Below the pieces are notes generated by a model that saw only the letters and a list, made by a program, of their open reading frames with translations, was not told the origin of the DNA and searched no databases. The translations under genes were made by a program, and so were the position numbers. Below, piece by piece: positions 27,532-35,822 of a DNA stretch of 64,000 nt (positions within the stretch are counted from its first letter, which is position 1; the number at the start of each line of letters is the position of its first letter). The stretch comes from Burkholderiales bacterium. Lineage in GTDB: Bacteria > Pseudomonadota > Gammaproteobacteria > Burkholderiales > SG8-39. Where the stretch lies: assembly GCA_035577785.1 (NCBI GenBank), contig DATLUZ010000226.1, positions 1,790 to 65,789 of the forward strand, given 5' to 3'.

Positions 27532-28457
27532 AATACTGGATCGGCGCCGCGGCGGTGCTGGTCGTCGCCTTCCTGACGGCGATCTCCGGCATCAATGAAT
27601 ATTTCTTCTACGCCGCGTTCGTGGTGCTGCAGTTCATGGTGCTTGCCACGGCGTGGAACATCCTTGGCGGTTACGCCGGCTACGTGAACTTCGGCACCGC
27701 CGCGTTCTTCGCCATCGGCTCGTACACCGGGGTGGTGCTTTTCAAGTGGCTGAATGCGCCGCTTGCGGTGCAGATCGTCGCCGCCGCGGCGGTGAGCGGG
27801 CTGCTCGGCTTCGGCGTCGGCCTCCTCACGCTGCGGCTGCGCGGCATCTTCTTCGCCATCGCCACCGTGGCGATCATCTTCATCATGGAAACCATGATGA
27901 TCAACTGGCGCTACGTCGGCGGCGCCACCGGCCTGCAGATTCTTCGCCCGGACGTGCTGCCTCCGTTCGCGAGCTACACGCGGATGCTCTTCGCCGTGAT
28001 GGCCCTGCTCGCGGTGATCGCCGTGTCCGTCGCGCGCTACGTGCAGGTGTCCTGGATCGGGCGCGGGCTGCGCGCGATCCGCGACTCGGAGGAGGCCGCC
28101 GAATGCTCAGGCGTGCCGACGCTCAAGCTCAAGCTCTTCGCCTGCACCGTGTCCGGGGCCTTGATGGGCGCGGCCGGGGCGCCGATGCCGATGTACCTGA
28201 GCTTCATCGAGCCCGCTTCGAGCTTCAGCCTCAACTACTCGGTCTCGGCGCTCGCCATGCCGATGATCGGCGGCACCGTTCACTGGCTGGGGCCGGTGAT
28301 CGGCGCGCTGCTCCTGGGCACGATCCAGCAGATCGTCACCGTCACCATCTCGAGCGAGATCAACGTGCTCGTGATCGGCGTGCTCCTCGTGCTCGTCGTC
28401 GTGTTCGCCCCCGACGGGGTGATTGGATTGTTCAAGAAATTCGTAAAGAACCGATGA
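27528..28457 (+). CDS. branched-chain amino acid-type ABC permease (LivM-like)
   Basis: NILGGYAGYVNFGTAAFFAIGSY. ATGA overlap with the upstream gene. Confidence 0.85.
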   Translation: MKYWIGAAAVLVVAFLTAISGINEYFFYAAFVVLQFMVLATAWNILGGYAGYVNFGTAAFFAIGSYTGVVLFKWLNAPLAVQIVAAAAVSGLLGFGVGLLTLRLRGIFFAIATVAIIFIMETMMINWRYVGGATGLQILRPDVLPPFASYTRMLFAVMALLAVIAVSVARYVQVSWIGRGLRAIRDSEEAAECSGVPTLKLKLFACTVSGALMGAAGAPMPMYLSFIEPASSFSLNYSVSALAMPMIGGTVHWLGPVIGALLLGTIQQIVTVTISSEINVLVIGVLLVLVVVFAPDGVIGLFKKFVKNR

Positions 28458-28575
28458 AATCAGGGACAGACCACGTTTTTCTCCCCGGCCCCCTTTCAAG
28501 GGGGGAAGCGATTCTCGAGGCGATCGGGGGTAGTGGGGCGGCGGAAGCTGCAAAAACGTGGTCTGTCCCTGATTT
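28457..28575. repeat. MITE/REP-like element with perfect 24-bp terminal inverted repeats
   Basis: AAATCAGGGACAGACCACGTTTTT (28457-28480) is the exact reverse complement of 28552-28575. The 71-nt core contains an inner CCCCC-TTTCAA-GGGGG hairpin. It fills the only large gap in this operon. Confidence 0.6.
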
Positions 28576-28587
28576 TGAGGTAGAGCG

Positions 28588-29307
28588 ATGAACGCGCCGC
28601 TTCTCAAGGTGCAGGGAGTGTCCAAGCACTTCGGCGGCTTCACCGCGCTCTCCGAGGTGAGCATTGCGATCGCACCGGGCGAGCGCTTCGGGCTGATCGG
28701 GCCCAACGGCTCGGGCAAGACCACGCTCATCAACTGCATCTCGGGGTCGCTGCGAAACGAGGGCGGCTCGATCGAGTTCCAGGGCGAGGAGATCTCGAAG
28801 CTGCCCGCGTACCGGCGCACGCGCAAGGGCATCGCGCGCAGCTTCCAGATCCCGCGGCCGTTCCACAGCATGTCGGTGCTCGAGAACCTGCTCGTGCCCT
28901 ACGAGTACGTGGCGCACCTCAAGCAGTCCGACGCCGAGCACCAGGCGATGGACATCCTCAAACGGATCGGCCTTGCCGACAAGGCGCGCGCCCAGGCGAA
29001 CCAGCTCTCGCAGGTGGAGCTGCGCAAGCTCGAGCTGGCGCGGGCCATGGCGGCGCGGCCGCGCCTCCTCATCTCGGACGAGGCGATGGCCGGGCTCTCG
29101 GGGAGCGAGGTCGACGAGGTGCTGAAGATCCTGTTCAGCCTGAACGCCGAGGGCATCACGATCATCATGATCGAGCACATCATGCAGGCGGTGATGCGCT
29201 TCTCGCAGCGCGTGATCTGCCTCGACGCGGGCAAGATCATCTGCGAAGGCACGCCCGAAACGATCGTCGCCAATCCCGACGTGCAGCGGGCGTACCTTGG
29301 CGCTTAG
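28588..29307 (+). CDS. ABC ATP-binding protein (LivG-like)
   Basis: GPNGSGKTT; LSQVELRKLELA; LISDEAMAGL. Confidence 0.9.
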   Translation: MNAPLLKVQGVSKHFGGFTALSEVSIAIAPGERFGLIGPNGSGKTTLINCISGSLRNEGGSIEFQGEEISKLPAYRRTRKGIARSFQIPRPFHSMSVLENLLVPYEYVAHLKQSDAEHQAMDILKRIGLADKARAQANQLSQVELRKLELARAMAARPRLLISDEAMAGLSGSEVDEVLKILFSLNAEGITIIMIEHIMQAVMRFSQRVICLDAGKIICEGTPETIVANPDVQRAYLGA

Positions 29308-30034
29308 CCTTCGCATCCAGGACGTCGAGGCCGGCTACCGTGCGGTGCGGGCCCTGCACGGGGTTTCCATGACCATTTCCCAGGGGGAAACCGTCGCATT
29401 GCTCGGCACCAACGGCAACGGCAAGAGCACGCTCATGAAGTGCGTGATGGGCATGGTGCGGCCCACGAGCGGCTCGGTTTTCTTGACCATGGATAACCAG
29501 AAATACGATCTGGCGAGACTCTCCACCGAGGAGATCGTCAACCTCGGCGTCGCCATGGTGCCCGAGGGAAGGCGGCTCTTTCCGAAGCTCACCGTGGAGG
29601 AGAACCTGCTGCTCGGCGCCTTCCGCAGGCAGGCGAGGGGCGAGATCGCGAAGAACCGGGAGTTCTGCTACCAGGCCTTTCCCGTGCTCGCCGAGCGCCG
29701 CCGGCAGCTCGCGGGATCGATGTCCGGAGGGCAGCAGCAGATGCTCGCCATCGCGCGCGCCCTGATGTCGGCGCCCAAGCTCCTGCTGGTGGACGAGCCT
29801 TCGGTGGGCCTCGCCCCGATCCTCGTCTCGCACACCATCACCAAAATCCAGGAGCTCAAGGCGCAGTACGGCCTCACGGTCCTGATGGCAGAGCAGAACT
29901 TCCACCAGGCGATCCGCATCGCCGACCGGGGCTACATCATCGTGCACGGCGAGATCGTGTTCGAAGGGCGCAGCGTCGCGGAGCTGGAGGGGAACGAGCT
30001 CGTCCGGAACTACTACCTCGGCACCACCGCTTGA
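29297..30034 (+). CDS. ABC ATP-binding protein (LivF-like)
   Basis: GTNGNGKST; MSGGQQQMLAIARAL; LLVDEPSVGL. TTG start. Confidence 0.9.
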   Translation: MALSLRIQDVEAGYRAVRALHGVSMTISQGETVALLGTNGNGKSTLMKCVMGMVRPTSGSVFLTMDNQKYDLARLSTEEIVNLGVAMVPEGRRLFPKLTVEENLLLGAFRRQARGEIAKNREFCYQAFPVLAERRRQLAGSMSGGQQQMLAIARALMSAPKLLLVDEPSVGLAPILVSHTITKIQELKAQYGLTVLMAEQNFHQAIRIADRGYIIVHGEIVFEGRSVAELEGNELVRNYYLGTTA

Positions 30035-30969
30035 GCATCCGCAACCTCCCGGTCGGGCTCTTCGGCGCGGTGATGGGAACCGTGGGCCTCGGCCTGACCG
30101 CGCGCGCCACCGCCACGGTGCTGCCGGGTTTTCTGCGCGCCCCCGCGTACTTCACCGAGCTCTGGGTCGCGCTCGGCACGCTTCTTTTCGTAATAATCAC
30201 CCCTCTTTATATTGTTAAGGCTATTCGCTTCGCGGACGCCGTCAAGGCGGAGTTCTGGAACCCGGTGACGCTCGGCTTCTGCGGCGCGCTGCCGGTCGGG
30301 ATGTCGCTGGTCGCCGGCGGCATCGCGCCTTACCTCCCGGGGACCGGACAAGCGCTGTGGTGGGCCAGCTTCGTGCTGCTGCTCGCATTCCAGATGTTCA
30401 CGCTCTACCGCTGGCTCTCCGGCGGCATCGAGCTCGCGCAGCTGAACGCCGGCTGGCTCATCGTGATGGTGGGCGGCATCGTCCTGCCCGGCCCGGCGTT
30501 CACGCTGGGCCTTGCCGAAGCCGCTCGATTCAGCTTCGGGGTTTCGGCCACGGTGGCGCCGATCCTGATGGCGCTGCTTCTCTACCGGGCGGCTTTCGGG
30601 CCCGCGCTTCCCGAGCCGCTGCGGCCGAGCTGGTTCATCCTGCTCGTGCCGCCGTCGCTCGTGTACGCGAACGGCGTCGCGCTCTACCAGGGCGCGTTTT
30701 TCCTCGAGAACCTGTATTTCTTCGGCCTGGTGCTCGGCGTCGCGCTGCTCGCCTATGCGCGCGGCTTCGCGCGGTGGGGCTTCGCCGCGTCCTGGTGGGC
30801 CTTTACCTTCCCGCTCGACGCGCTCGCGTACGCGGCCGCGCGCTACGCGCAGGACCACCCCGAGCCTTTGTGGCGCGGGCTCGCGGGCGCGACGCTGCTG
30901 CTCGCGACGTTGTTCGTGCTTGCGGTTCTGTGGCGAACGCTTCGCAGCGGCGCATCGCCTCGGGCGTGA
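30031..30969 (+). CDS. TehA/TDT (SLAC1-like) family anion channel/dicarboxylate transporter
   Basis: About 10 TM segments. N-terminus NLPVGLFGAVMGTVGLG. TTGA overlap with the upstream gene. Confidence 0.75.
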   Translation: MSIRNLPVGLFGAVMGTVGLGLTARATATVLPGFLRAPAYFTELWVALGTLLFVIITPLYIVKAIRFADAVKAEFWNPVTLGFCGALPVGMSLVAGGIAPYLPGTGQALWWASFVLLLAFQMFTLYRWLSGGIELAQLNAGWLIVMVGGIVLPGPAFTLGLAEAARFSFGVSATVAPILMALLLYRAAFGPALPEPLRPSWFILLVPPSLVYANGVALYQGAFFLENLYFFGLVLGVALLAYARGFARWGFAASWWAFTFPLDALAYAAARYAQDHPEPLWRGLAGATLLLATLFVLAVLWRTLRSGASPRA

Positions 30970-31474
30970 ACTCGGCCTGCGGCTGGTTGCCGCCGATGAT
31001 GAACATGAGAAGGTGCTCGCGGTTCGGCTCGTCGTAGGTCACGTTCATGAAGCGGCGCGCCACGCCGGTTGGGAACGAGATGACGTCGTAGGGATCGAGG
31101 TCGACGTATTGCATGGCGTCGCCCTCGTTCCACTCGCAGCGCCACTTCCCGGTCATCGCGATGAAGGTCTCGCTGGTATCGTGGTTGTGCATCAGCGGCC
31201 CCTTGCCGGGTTTCGCCTTGCAGTAGCCGAGGTTGAAGCCCTCCGCGATCGAGATTGCCGGCATCGCCGAGGCTCGATCGCCGACCGGCGAAGTGACCGC
31301 GGCGCTCTCCGACGTCGGCGGCTGGAAGCCGATCACGGCGTAGAGCTTGCGGCGGCACTCGGGCAGCTTGCTGTCGGGCAGGCCGCCGTCGGAGCCGCGG
31401 AGCATCCTGAACCGCGCCACGCGCTTCATCATCTCGTCGCGCGACCAGCTGCGGATGGTTTTCCAGTCGTCCAT
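30803..31474 (-). CDS. cupin domain protein with an Arg/Ala-rich C-terminal extension
   Basis: Cupin core GPLMHNHDTSETFIAMTGKW...DVISFPTGVARRF. The last ~55 codons are antisense to the 3' end of the TehA-like gene. Confidence 0.65.
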   Translation of the reverse strand: MDDWKTIRSWSRDEMMKRVARFRMLRGSDGGLPDSKLPECRRKLYAVIGFQPPTSESAAVTSPVGDRASAMPAISIAEGFNLGYCKAKPGKGPLMHNHDTSETFIAMTGKWRCEWNEGDAMQYVDLDPYDVISFPTGVARRFMNVTYDEPNREHLLMFIIGGNQPQAEFTPEAMRRCEAFATEPQARTTSRAAASRPRARATKARGGPARSARPRTRARRAGR

Positions 31475-31499
31475 GGGTTTCGGTTTCCTCGAGAAAACG

Positions 31500-32468
31500 T
31501 CACTCCAGCCTGATTCCGGCGGCCTTGATGATCGGCCACCACTTTTCGGTCTCGGCCTTGTGCCAGGCGCCCAGCGCTTCGGGCGTCTGCTGCTCGCGCG
31601 GCGGAATTTCCATGCCGAGGTCGGCCATTCGCTGCTGCATCTTCGCGTCGACGAAAGCTTCGGCCACCGCGTGATTGAGCTTCGCGATGGCCTCCTTCGG
31701 CGTGTCCTTAGGCGCCCACAGCCCGTTCCAGAACGTGAGGTCCATGCCCGCGACGCCGGCCTCGCTCAGGGTCGGTACCTCGGGTGCGGGCGACCAGCGG
31801 CCGTTCCCGGCCACCGCATAGGCCTTGATCCGTCCCGCGCGGTGGTAGGCGAGCCCGTTCGATGCGTCCATGCAGGTGAGATCGATATTGCCCGCGATGA
31901 GATCCTGATATGCCGGGGCGGCGCCGCGGTAGGGCACGAATTGGAAGTGCGTGCCGGTGGAGTTCTGCAGATAGATCCCGCAGATATGGACCGCGCTACC
32001 GGGGCCCACGGTGCCGAAGGTGGCTTTCGCGCCGTTTTTTAGCCACGCCACGAGCTCGGCCGCATCCTTGGCGGGAAGGCCGGTCTTGCCCGTGATCCAC
32101 AAGCGCGACACCGGCAGTCGCGCCACCGGCTCGAAGTCCTTCAGCACATCGACCTGAATCGGAAACAGCGCCGGCGTGCCGACGTGGCTCGTCCAGTTGC
32201 CGAGGATCACGGTGTAGCCGTCCGGCGCGGCGCGCGCCGCGCGGGTGAGGCCGATGGTGCCGCCGGCGCCGGTCACGTTCTCGACCAGGATCGGCTGGCC
32301 GATCGACTGCTTCATCGGCTCGGCGAGGATCCGCGCCAGGCCGTCCGTGGGCCCGCCGGCCGCGAACGGAACGATGAGCGTAACGGGTTTGGCTGGAAAG
32401 CTCTGCGCCGCGACGAAACCCGCGAACGACAGCAATCCCCATGCGAACACGGCTAGTAGAAAACGCAT
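31500..32468 (-). CDS. Bug/TctC-family substrate-binding protein
   Basis: Signal peptide, then QSFPAKPVTLIVPFAAGGPTD. Confidence 0.9.
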   Translation of the reverse strand: MRFLLAVFAWGLLSFAGFVAAQSFPAKPVTLIVPFAAGGPTDGLARILAEPMKQSIGQPILVENVTGAGGTIGLTRAARAAPDGYTVILGNWTSHVGTPALFPIQVDVLKDFEPVARLPVSRLWITGKTGLPAKDAAELVAWLKNGAKATFGTVGPGSAVHICGIYLQNSTGTHFQFVPYRGAAPAYQDLIAGNIDLTCMDASNGLAYHRAGRIKAYAVAGNGRWSPAPEVPTLSEAGVAGMDLTFWNGLWAPKDTPKEAIAKLNHAVAEAFVDAKMQQRMADLGMEIPPREQQTPEALGAWHKAETEKWWPIIKAAGIRLE

Positions 32469-32584
32469 CGACTCCCCCTCGGTCCGTCGCCAACCTTACG
32501 CCGTCGCCGACGGTGCTGCAAACCGTTCGCGTTACCGCGCGGCGACGTCGTGGATCCCTGTCAGGCAACCGACCATAGCACGCT

Positions 32585-32606
32585 GCTGCATTGCAGCGAT
32601 ATATAG
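32585..32606 (+). promoter_or_regulatory. Palindrome GCTGCA-T-TGCAGC next to a TATATA box, candidate phasin promoter/operator
   Basis: Perfect 6-bp arms (32585-32590 and 32592-32597). GATATATAGG follows immediately. Lies about 70 nt upstream of the phasin ATG. Confidence 0.35.
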
Positions 32607-32668
32607 GCTGGGCCGCGCCCGATACACTTGAAGGCCCTCACCGTTTCCATTCCTAGAAAGAGATTTTC

Positions 32669-33094
32669 ATGCAAGCTCAATTGGTTGATCTGTATCGCGC
32701 GGGCATTCGCTCCGCCACCGACATGATGAAGCTTTCGCTCGAGCAGACCGAGCGGCTTCAGCAGCAGCAGCTCCAGCTCATCCGCAACGCGCTGGACGAG
32801 ACCACGCGCTCCACCACGCAAACGGGCGAGCTGAAAGGCATCGACGACATGGTTGCCTTCAACTCGCGCCTGGCCGGCGCGCAACTCGAGCGAGTAAGCG
32901 AATTCTGGGCGAACTGGTGGAAGGCCGCCGGCGACGCGCAGAAATCCATGATCGAGCAGTTCCAGTCCCAGATCGGGCAGGCGAAGGATCTTGGGCGCGA
33001 AGGCTATAACTTCGCCACGCGCGCTGCCGAGGACACCGCTCGGCTCGCCTCCCAGGCCGAGCGCGAGCGCAAGGAGCATCGCAAGAGCGCGTAG
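32669..33094 (+). CDS. phasin family protein (PHA granule-associated)
   Basis: 141 aa, helical, low complexity. LVDLYRAGIRSATDMMKLSLEQTERLQQQQLQL...NSRLAGAQLERVSEFW resembles the phasin_2 family. Confidence 0.75.
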   Translation: MQAQLVDLYRAGIRSATDMMKLSLEQTERLQQQQLQLIRNALDETTRSTTQTGELKGIDDMVAFNSRLAGAQLERVSEFWANWWKAAGDAQKSMIEQFQSQIGQAKDLGREGYNFATRAAEDTARLASQAERERKEHRKSA

Positions 33095-33108
33095 CTCTTG
33101 TTTGGCGA

Positions 33109-33141
33109 GGCAGCCGTCCGTGAGTCCTTCCGGCGGCTGTC
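33109..33141 (+). terminator. Hairpin downstream of the phasin gene (no U-tract)
   Basis: GGCAGCCGTCCG...CCGGCGGCTGTC, about 10 pairs including two G-U. Not followed by T residues. Confidence 0.3.
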
Positions 33142-33303
33142 TCGTATCCCACACCACCTGGTAGTCGCGGTCGGCGGCCCGCGCCGCTGGCCGCTTTGAC
33201 GTAAGGCCGTCGGTAAGGCGCGACCCTACGCGTCAGCTTTCTGCAAGACAAGGCCGGGGCGATTTCTCTATGCTGCGCGCACTCGTCCAAGGGGAGATGC
33301 CGG

Positions 33304-34965
33304 ATGTGGAACCAGGTCTATAACCCGTTCTCGAACGAAGTGCTGTCGACCCTCGTCGCCGCAATCCCGGTGGTGACGCTGCTGGTGCTGATCGCCTCGG
33401 GGAAGGTCAAGGCGCACTTCGCCGCGGTCATCGCGCTCATTGTCGCGATCTTCATCGCGGTCGCGGCCTTCACCATGCCGGCGGGTATGGCGATTCGCGC
33501 CGGGATCCTCGGGCTCGTCACCGGGTTCTTCCCCATCGGCTGGATCGTGCTCAACGTCATCTTCCTCTACCGGCTCACGGTCGAGAAGGGCGTGTTCGTC
33601 ACCCTGCAGCAGACGATCGGCGGCGTCACGGCGGACCGGCGCCTGCAGCTGCTGCTCATCGCATTCTCGTTCGGCGCGTTTTTCGAGGGTGCCTCGGGTT
33701 TCGGCACGCCGGTTGCCGTGACCGGCGCGATCCTGATCGGCCTGGGCTTCTCGCCGCTCGCCGCCTCGGGGCTCTCGCTGATCGCCAACACCGCGCCGGT
33801 TGCGTACGGCGCATTGGGCGCGCCGATCATCGGCCTCGCCTCGGTGACCGGGCTCGATCCCTATCTGCTCGGCGCGATGGTCGGCCGGCAACTCCCCTTC
33901 TTCTCCCTGATCGTGCCGTTCTGGCTGATCTGGGTGTTCGCGGGGTGGAAAGGCATGAAGGAGATCTGGCCGGCGATCCTGGTCACCGGCGTGTCCTTCG
34001 CGATCCCGCAGTTCCTGATCTCCAACTTCGTCAACCCCTACATCGTCGACATCGGCGCATCGCTGATCTCGATGGCCTGCCTGATCGGCTTCCTCAAGGT
34101 CTGGCAGCCGAAGACGCTGTGGACTTCGCCGAAGCTGCGCACCCGCGACGACTCCGCGGCGACGATGCCGGCCCCGGCGGCCGCACCCGTTGCGAAGGCG
34201 TCGTCGGCCGAAGTCTGGAAGTCGCTCACGCCGTGGATCATCGTCTGCGCGATCCTGCTCGTCTGGGGCACGGGATGGTTCAAGGCGGCGGTCAATCCGC
34301 ACTTCACCTGGAGCTACCCGGTTCCCGGCCTGCACAACATGATCGACAAGGTGCCGCCCGTGGTCGCGAAGCCCACGCCCGAGGGCGCGGTGTTCGCCTT
34401 CACCTGGCTGTCCTACACCGGCACCGGCATGCTGATCGCGGCGATCATCTCGGGCTTTGTCATGGGCTTCTCGCCGCTCGGGCTGCTGCGCTCCTACGGC
34501 CGCACCATCTACGTCGTGCGCTACTCGCTGCTCACGATCATGGCGATGCTCGGCATCGGCACGCTGACGCGCTTCTCCGGCCTCGACGCCACGCTCGGAC
34601 TCGCGTTCGCGCACACGGGCGTGCTGTACCCGTTCTTCGGCGCGCTGCTCGGCTGGCTGGGCGTGGCGCTGACGGGATCGGACACCGCCTCGAACGTGCT
34701 CTTCGGCGGCCTGCAGAAGATCACCTCCGAGCAGCTCGGGCTGTCGCCGATCCTGATGAGCGCCGCCAACTCCTCGGGCGGCGTGATGGGCAAGATGATC
34801 GACGCGCAGTCGATCGTCGTCGCCTCGACCGCGACCAACTGGTTCGGCCACGAAGGCTCGATCCTGCGCTTCGTCTTCTGGCACTCGATCGTGCTCGCCT
34901 GCCTGGTCGGGATCCTGGTGACGCTGCAGGCGTACGTGTTTACGGGGATGATCGTCGCCGGCTAG
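33304..34965 (+). CDS. L-lactate/glycolate permease (LctP family)
   Basis: MWNQVYNPFSNEVLSTLVAAIPV... 553 aa, polytopic, typical LctP N-terminus and length. Confidence 0.9.
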   Translation: MWNQVYNPFSNEVLSTLVAAIPVVTLLVLIASGKVKAHFAAVIALIVAIFIAVAAFTMPAGMAIRAGILGLVTGFFPIGWIVLNVIFLYRLTVEKGVFVTLQQTIGGVTADRRLQLLLIAFSFGAFFEGASGFGTPVAVTGAILIGLGFSPLAASGLSLIANTAPVAYGALGAPIIGLASVTGLDPYLLGAMVGRQLPFFSLIVPFWLIWVFAGWKGMKEIWPAILVTGVSFAIPQFLISNFVNPYIVDIGASLISMACLIGFLKVWQPKTLWTSPKLRTRDDSAATMPAPAAAPVAKASSAEVWKSLTPWIIVCAILLVWGTGWFKAAVNPHFTWSYPVPGLHNMIDKVPPVVAKPTPEGAVFAFTWLSYTGTGMLIAAIISGFVMGFSPLGLLRSYGRTIYVVRYSLLTIMAMLGIGTLTRFSGLDATLGLAFAHTGVLYPFFGALLGWLGVALTGSDTASNVLFGGLQKITSEQLGLSPILMSAANSSGGVMGKMIDAQSIVVASTATNWFGHEGSILRFVFWHSIVLACLVGILVTLQAYVFTGMIVAG

Positions 34966-35822
34966 CGTTTGAAGCCGGCCATGGCCTCGAGCACGGCGCA
35001 CACCGCGGCGGTGTCCTGCTTGTCGAAGCCCTGCGCCATTGCGGCTGTATAGACCGGAGCCGAGGCGCTGAAGAGTGGCGTCGGCACGCCGAGCTTGGTG
35101 GCGTACTCGCCGATGATCTTCATGTCCTTCTGCCAGACCTCGACCTTCATCGTCGCGTCGTCGTAGCGCCCGGCGACCATCTGCGGCCCGCGCACCTGGA
35201 ACATGCGCGAGCCGCCGGCGCCGTCGCCCGCGACCTTGTAGATCGTTTCCGGATCGAGGCCGGCCTTCATGCCGAGGACGAAGGCTTCGGCCGCGGCCAC
35301 GTTGTGGATCGCGACGAGGAGGTTGGCGACGTACTTCATCTTGCTGCCGTTGCCGAACTCGCCGAGGTAGTAATGCGCGCGGGAGAAGCCCTCGAGGATG
35401 GGCTTCGTTTTCTCGAAAGCGGCCTGGTCGCCGCTCCCGTAGACGCTGAGGTCCTTGGTGCGAGCCTGGGCGCCGGTGCCGGAGAGCGGGCAGTCCAGCA
35501 GGGTGATGCCTTTCCGCGCTAGAACTTCAAATGCTTTTGTTTTGTCGGAAATCGGCAGCGTACTGGTTTCCACGACGATGCACTTCGCGCTCATCTCGGC
35601 GGCGACGGAATGCAGCGCTTCGGTGCTCGGCAGCGACGTGATCACGACCGGCGCATCGACTCCGCTCAGGGACGAAACAGGGGAACCGCCTGCTTTCTTG
35701 AGATCGTCGCGGCGCGCGGCGAGCACGTCGTAGCCCTGCACGGCGAAGCCTGCCTTCACGAGGTTCGCGGACATTGCCGAGCCCATGATGCCCAGGCCGA
35801 TCACGCCGACGGCTTTGCTCAT
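34962..35822 (-). CDS. NAD(P)-dependent 3-hydroxyisobutyrate dehydrogenase-family oxidoreductase
   Basis: VGVIGLGIMGSAMSANL Rossmann motif. ...GNGSKMKYVANLL. ATG 35822 overlaps the upstream stop by 4 nt. Confidence 0.85.
   Translation of the reverse strand: MSKAVGVIGLGIMGSAMSANLVKAGFAVQGYDVLAARRDDLKKAGGSPVSSLSGVDAPVVITSLPSTEALHSVAAEMSAKCIVVETSTLPISDKTKAFEVLARKGITLLDCPLSGTGAQARTKDLSVYGSGDQAAFEKTKPILEGFSRAHYYLGEFGNGSKMKYVANLLVAIHNVAAAEAFVLGMKAGLDPETIYKVAGDGAGGSRMFQVRGPQMVAGRYDDATMKVEVWQKDMKIIGEYATKLGVPTPLFSASAPVYTAAMAQGFDKQDTAAVCAVLEAMAGFKR

Noticed and set aside
34962-34965. Convergent gene pairs share their stop codons in a CTAG tetranucleotide (34962-34965, and again at 46768-46771).
   Set aside because: It is a neat coincidence of TAG stops on both strands. 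Two cases are not enough to argue for function, and the second depends on the unproven small ORF.
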